Position numbers and translations under genes: made by a program. A stretch of 29,139 bases of DNA from a virus (Duplodnaviria; Caudoviricetes), in IMG/VR virus record IMGVR_UViG_3300029930_000011, positions 1 through 29,139 of that record; one strand, 5' to 3'. The notes under the pieces are model-generated. The model searched no databases and was not told the DNA's origin. It saw nothing but the letters and a program-made list of their open reading frames with translations. This document shows, in pieces, positions 25,529-29,139 of the stretch; positions within the stretch are counted from its first letter, which is position 1; every line of letters starts with the position of its first letter.

Positions 25529-25936
25529 ATGCCTAGAAAAACTCTTAAAGAAAGACAACAGAAAAACGTTACAGATACTGATATTCATGAAAACCGTGTT
25601 CGTCCAGTATTGGATGGTATCACTGGAAAAGAAAGTGGTGATGATCTGATGCTTGAACTTTTGGAAGTTATTCAAGAGAGTGGAAAAATTCCTCAAGCAG
25701 GTAAATTTTATATTTTTGTATATAATGCAAAGACCCCAAACATTCAATATGATCAAAATCCATTGGTTGCAGTGACGGATGTTTATAAATGGGGATTTCG
25801 TGGAATAAATCTACATTGGGGAGAAACTCGTCAATATACCTGGGATGAAGTGGCAGGATCATTGTATGAGGTATATCCTTCAGAGATTAAGGACTTACAA
25901 GCATTACCTTTTGCAAATTTTCGGATAAATACTTAA
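25529..25936 (+). CDS. gp2-like DNA end protector, short form
   Basis: GKFYIFVYNAKT...YDQNPL...GFRGINLHW resembles the gp2 core. Confidence 0.6.
   Translation: MPRKTLKERQQKNVTDTDIHENRVRPVLDGITGKESGDDLMLELLEVIQESGKIPQAGKFYIFVYNAKTPNIQYDQNPLVAVTDVYKWGFRGINLHWGETRQYTWDEVAGSLYEVYPSEIKDLQALPFANFRINT
25924..25931 (+). promoter_or_regulatory. T4-type late promoter GATAAATA
   Basis: 18 nt upstream of the gp48 ATG. Confidence 0.6.
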
Positions 25937-25949
25937 AAAAGTAGCATAA

Positions 25950-26984
25950 ATGCCTCTCAATGTCGGTGCTCCAATAGGTAGTGAAGCATATTCAGCCGCT
26001 GCCACACAAAATGCTTATGCCAATGCCTATGGTACTGCGACTGCTGCTGCGACAAATGCAACTCCCAACAAAACTATTTTCAGATATCCACTAGACAGAA
26101 TAGATGCAACTTCTGATTTTCTTGAGATAAAAATATTCGATTATGTTCCAGGTAGTTTTGGTATATCAGGCGCCAGAGTACAATCACAAACAGCACAACA
26201 AAGACTAGCACCATATCAACAAAAAGCAAAGTATTATATAAAGTTACCAATACCACAATCAATCGCAGATATCACTTCTATTACTTGGGGTGATGATACT
26301 TTAAATCCATATCAAGCAGGTTTAATTTCTCTTGCAAATCGTGTTCTTACTGAAAAACCTGGCGGACCTAAAGCACCTAAAGCTACAGCTGAAAATGCAA
26401 TTCAATTACTTAAGAGTACCTTTTCTGAAGCATTTAACGATCCAAGAAATCAAAACGCACTGCAAGCGTTCATGGCGGCACAAGCAGCCAATCTTGCTAA
26501 TGCAAACGTAAGTGCAGAAAATTTAGTATCAAGAGCGAGTGGTCAAATTTTACAATCAAATCTAGAACTTATTTTTCAAGGTATTAATCTCCGCACATTC
26601 CCATTTGTTTTTGATTTAGCACCAAGATCTAGTACCGAGGGTCAAGAAATCAAAGATATTATAAGAATTTTTAAAAAAACAATGTCTGCAAGAAGTGGAA
26701 ATGCAGGCATTGCACAAAACAGTAATGTTGGATTGTTTATTGGATCTCCAAGTCTGTATCAACTGACATATCGAAGTGGAAGTGGACCACACCCCTTTTT
26801 ACATAAATTTAAACCCTGTGCATTGAGCGATATCAGCGTTAACTACACTGCATCAAACACATATGCAACTTATGATGATGGCACACCAGTTCATATGCAA
26901 ATGACATTAACATTTAAAGAAATCAATCCAATATATGCGGAAGATTATGATACACCTGAAGGAGAGGGAGGAGTAGGTTACTAA
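25950..26984 (+). CDS. gp48: Baseplate tail tube cap gp48
   Basis: FRYPLD...IKLPIPQSI...NLELIFQGINLRTFPFVFDLAPRS...FKPCALSDISVNY...LTFKE. Confidence 0.88.
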   Translation: MPLNVGAPIGSEAYSAAATQNAYANAYGTATAAATNATPNKTIFRYPLDRIDATSDFLEIKIFDYVPGSFGISGARVQSQTAQQRLAPYQQKAKYYIKLPIPQSIADITSITWGDDTLNPYQAGLISLANRVLTEKPGGPKAPKATAENAIQLLKSTFSEAFNDPRNQNALQAFMAAQAANLANANVSAENLVSRASGQILQSNLELIFQGINLRTFPFVFDLAPRSSTEGQEIKDIIRIFKKTMSARSGNAGIAQNSNVGLFIGSPSLYQLTYRSGSGPHPFLHKFKPCALSDISVNYTASNTYATYDDGTPVHMQMTLTFKEINPIYAEDYDTPEGEGGVGY

Positions 26985-26985
26985 G

Positions 26986-27687
26986 ATGTCATACTTTAGA
27001 GAACTACCAGATTTAGAATACCAATCACCTTTACCAGATAAAATTTCTTCTAGAGAGTATGTGAGAGTTAAAAATTTATTTCGTAGAGTTAAACTTTTGG
27101 ATTGGTTGCAAGATAAAGCAACTCTATACAATAAGTATCAGATCTTAGAAGGTGAAAGACCTGATACTGTTGCCGAAAAAGTTTATGGTCGTTCGGACTA
27201 TGATTGGATTATTCTGCTGACCGCCAATATTATTAATGTGAGAGATCAGTGGCCACTTTCAAATAAAGACTTATATACATTTGTTGAGAACAAATATGGT
27301 TCTACAAAAATCAATGATATTCATCATTATGAAACGATTGAAGTTAAAGATAGTAAAGGAAGATTAGTTCTTCTTAAAAATCAAATTGTTGATTTGAATT
27401 TCACTATCAATGTTCCCTATAACGAAACTTATACTGGATTTCGTACTTATGGTAATATTTCATATGCACCAGATACAAATGGGAACATTAATCCAGTTAT
27501 AGGTATTTCTAATTATGAATATGAAGTTGAAAAGAATGAAAAGAAGAGACAAATTTATATTCTTAAATCAATCTACTTACAACAGTTTATTAATGATATG
27601 AGAGTTGTTATGAACTATGATCAGAGTTCTCAATACATTGATAGTAAGTTAATCCGTACAGAGAACACTCGTCTCATCGGTCCATAA
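26986..27687 (+). CDS. gp53: Baseplate wedge subunit gp53 (LysM-like)
   Basis: MSYFRELPDLEY...EGERPDTVAEKVYG...DWIILLTANI...QWPLS...HHYET...NYEYE..NE.KRQI.ILK. Confidence 0.92.
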   Translation: MSYFRELPDLEYQSPLPDKISSREYVRVKNLFRRVKLLDWLQDKATLYNKYQILEGERPDTVAEKVYGRSDYDWIILLTANIINVRDQWPLSNKDLYTFVENKYGSTKINDIHHYETIEVKDSKGRLVLLKNQIVDLNFTINVPYNETYTGFRTYGNISYAPDTNGNINPVIGISNYEYEVEKNEKKRQIYILKSIYLQQFINDMRVVMNYDQSSQYIDSKLIRTENTRLIGP

Positions 27688-28266
27688 TAGTTTCAGTTTC
27701 TTATCAAACATCATCACATAACGGTGCTTACGGGAGCGTTCTCTCCATTCTCCCTCGGCACCTTTTACTTTGCCTCTTGAATGTTTGGTGCCGTCTGAAT
27801 AATAGAAATCTTTCTTTGCGTCTGTAAGACCGCAATATTTAAAGTTACAAGCACGATAGATTGTACCGCTATGAAAGTCGCTATCAGCATAAGATATAAT
27901 CGCTGAGACCTCTGTGTCTTTGCGAAACTGTCTAATCGCTTTTGCAACGAACCAAGAAGTAATGTTGTACTCCTGTGACTGGATATCTGGGTGGATGCAA
28001 AGTCTTGAGAGTTCGAAGAGTCCTTGCTGTTGGTTTCGTTCAAGACCAAATGCTCCTTTTGCTATTTCTGGAACTGGAAGTCCTGTGAAGATGCAGACTC
28101 CCTGCAAACCACCAATATTTAGTGGAGAGTACTCATTTTTCTTGAAAAGACCATAGTTGTATCCAGACTTAAATCCTTTGGATATGTCCTTCAGGTAATG
28201 ATATTTGAGCAGCAGTTCCCCTGCTTGTTGCTTGGTAATTCGGTCAATGTAAAAATCCGACTTCAT
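27649..28266 (-). CDS. Mom-family (GNAT-like) putative DNA adenine modification enzyme
   Basis: KYHYL, FELSRLC and IISYADSDFHSGTIYRACNF match the Mom-family pattern. Confidence 0.75.
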   Translation of the reverse strand: MKSDFYIDRITKQQAGELLLKYHYLKDISKGFKSGYNYGLFKKNEYSPLNIGGLQGVCIFTGLPVPEIAKGAFGLERNQQQGLFELSRLCIHPDIQSQEYNITSWFVAKAIRQFRKDTEVSAIISYADSDFHSGTIYRACNFKYCGLTDAKKDFYYSDGTKHSRGKVKGAEGEWRERSRKHRYVMMFDKKLKLLWTDETSVLCTD

Positions 28267-28295
28267 AAAAAAAGGGGGGAGTCCTCTGCTCCCCC
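28267..28295 (-). terminator. Rho-independent terminator after gp32
   Basis: GGGGGAG-CAGAGGA-CTCCCCC followed by C and T7. Confidence 0.85.
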
Positions 28296-28297
28296 AT

Positions 28298-28325
28298 ATT
28301 ATACCACAGAATCAGTCTTCGGCAA
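28298..28325 (-). promoter_or_regulatory. sigma70-type promoter with extended -10, likely for the mom-like gene
   Basis: TTGCCG (28325-28320), 16 bp, TATAAT (28303-28298) preceded by TGG. Confidence 0.6.
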
Positions 28326-29139
28326 GTTTGGCAAAGTATGAGAGTGCGTCATCATCTTCATCTTCTTCAACCGCAGCACGACGGGTGGGTTGAAGATTGT
28401 TGAGTTCAGTACGAAGATCTTCATCAAGATCCTTCGCAGGACCACGAGAATACTCTTCCTCATCGGCAACATCAGGATCCTGATAACGAGGAGTGCCTTT
28501 GGTGCCAAGCACATACTCAAGGCGCTTCTTGAGTTCATCATAGGACTTGAACTGATCGGCAGCGGTCAGTTCGGCAAGAGAGAACTGCTTTTTCCACACT
28601 GCTTCCATTGCGTCATCATCATCCAGAAGAGGAGAGGGAGCAGCAAACTCGGAGGAGTCATAGTTACGATAACCAGCAACGTTCTTCGCTTTCAGTTTGA
28701 AGTTGGCACCCTGCCAGAAATCAAACGGATCAATCGCTTCCTCATCTTCAAACTCGGGTTGCATCGCAGCGGTGAGTTTGTCGAAGATCTTCTTACCGTA
28801 CTTGAACAGGAACACCTTACCTTCGTTGGCAGGGTTGGCAGGATCCTTCACCACATAGATGTTGGACACATAGGTCAGTTTACGCTTCTGCTTACGTGCC
28901 AGTTCTTTGCCAGCATCGGTGCCGTTGTTCCACAGTTCGGAGTTCAGTTCGGACACAGGATCCTTCTGACCCAGGGTGGTCAGTGAATTTTCTATGAACC
29001 ATCCGCCAGGACCTTGGAAGGCGTGGGAGTACAGTTTCACAAACGGCAGATCTTCGCCGTTAGGAGCAGGCAGGAAACGGATCACGGCATAACCATTGCC
29101 GCTCTTATCTACATCCAGTTTCCACACACGGTCGTCAGA
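28312..29139 (-). CDS. gp32: Single-stranded DNA-binding protein gp32, 5' end outside the window
   Basis: Frame open to the window edge: SDDRVWKLDVDKSGNGYAVIRFLPAP...YGKKIFDK...YRNYDSSEF, with acidic tail DDDALSYFAKLAED. Confidence 0.97.
   Translation of the reverse strand, partial: SDDRVWKLDVDKSGNGYAVIRFLPAPNGEDLPFVKLYSHAFQGPGGWFIENSLTTLGQKDPVSELNSELWNNGTDAGKELARKQKRKLTYVSNIYVVKDPANPANEGKVFLFKYGKKIFDKLTAAMQPEFEDEEAIDPFDFWQGANFKLKAKNVAGYRNYDSSEFAAPSPLLDDDDAMEAVWKKQFSLAELTAADQFKSYDELKKRLEYVLGTKGTPRYQDPDVADEEEYSRGPAKDLDEDLRTELNNLQPTRRAAVEEDEDDDALSYFAKLAED

Noticed and set aside
25472-25756. 94-aa minus-strand ORF
   Set aside because: Antisense to the gp2-like gene; low-complexity F/I/N-rich composition typical of non-coding AT-rich frames.
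28390-28986. 198-aa plus-strand ORF antisense to gp32
   Set aside because: Fully inside a clear gp32 gene, with no motifs; best explained as a shadow of the biased codon usage of a highly expressed gene.

Overview
A 29 kb segment of a T4-like myovirus, most likely a cyanophage (Kyanoviridae-type gene set, inferred from protein motifs and gene order). It is mostly the tail, baseplate and fibre module. On the minus strand: gp32 SSB (partial), a Mom-like DNA-modification gene, a tube-like gene, gp26/gp51, two tape-measure-like paralogues (one with SleB-like and M23 hydrolase domains), hub, split gp5, a small fibre with its chaperone, a 2OG-Fe(II) oxygenase, a large fibre with an S74 chaperone, an intact subtilase fused to S74, another fibre, a gp38-like Gly-rich adhesin with a Cys-rich insert, and the start of an SF2 helicase. 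On the plus strand: gp4, gp2-like, gp48 and gp53. The most striking element is a ~0.85 kb cassette (12750-13578) inside the late structural genes, driven by a perfect TTGACA-17-TATAAT promoter. It encodes a very acidic 66-aa protein, an unlisted orphan Phd/YefM-like protein, three structurally non-canonical tRNAs (UAU with a long variable arm, CAU with an A54/U58 T-loop, UAA lacking a variable arm) and two pseudoknotted RNA elements between the tRNAs. I propose it as a candidate early anti-defence or translation-takeover cassette. A second strong signal is a -1 slippery site (T TTT TTC) that would fuse gp26 to the unlisted gp51-like ORF. All family assignments come from motif recognition by eye; no searches were run.
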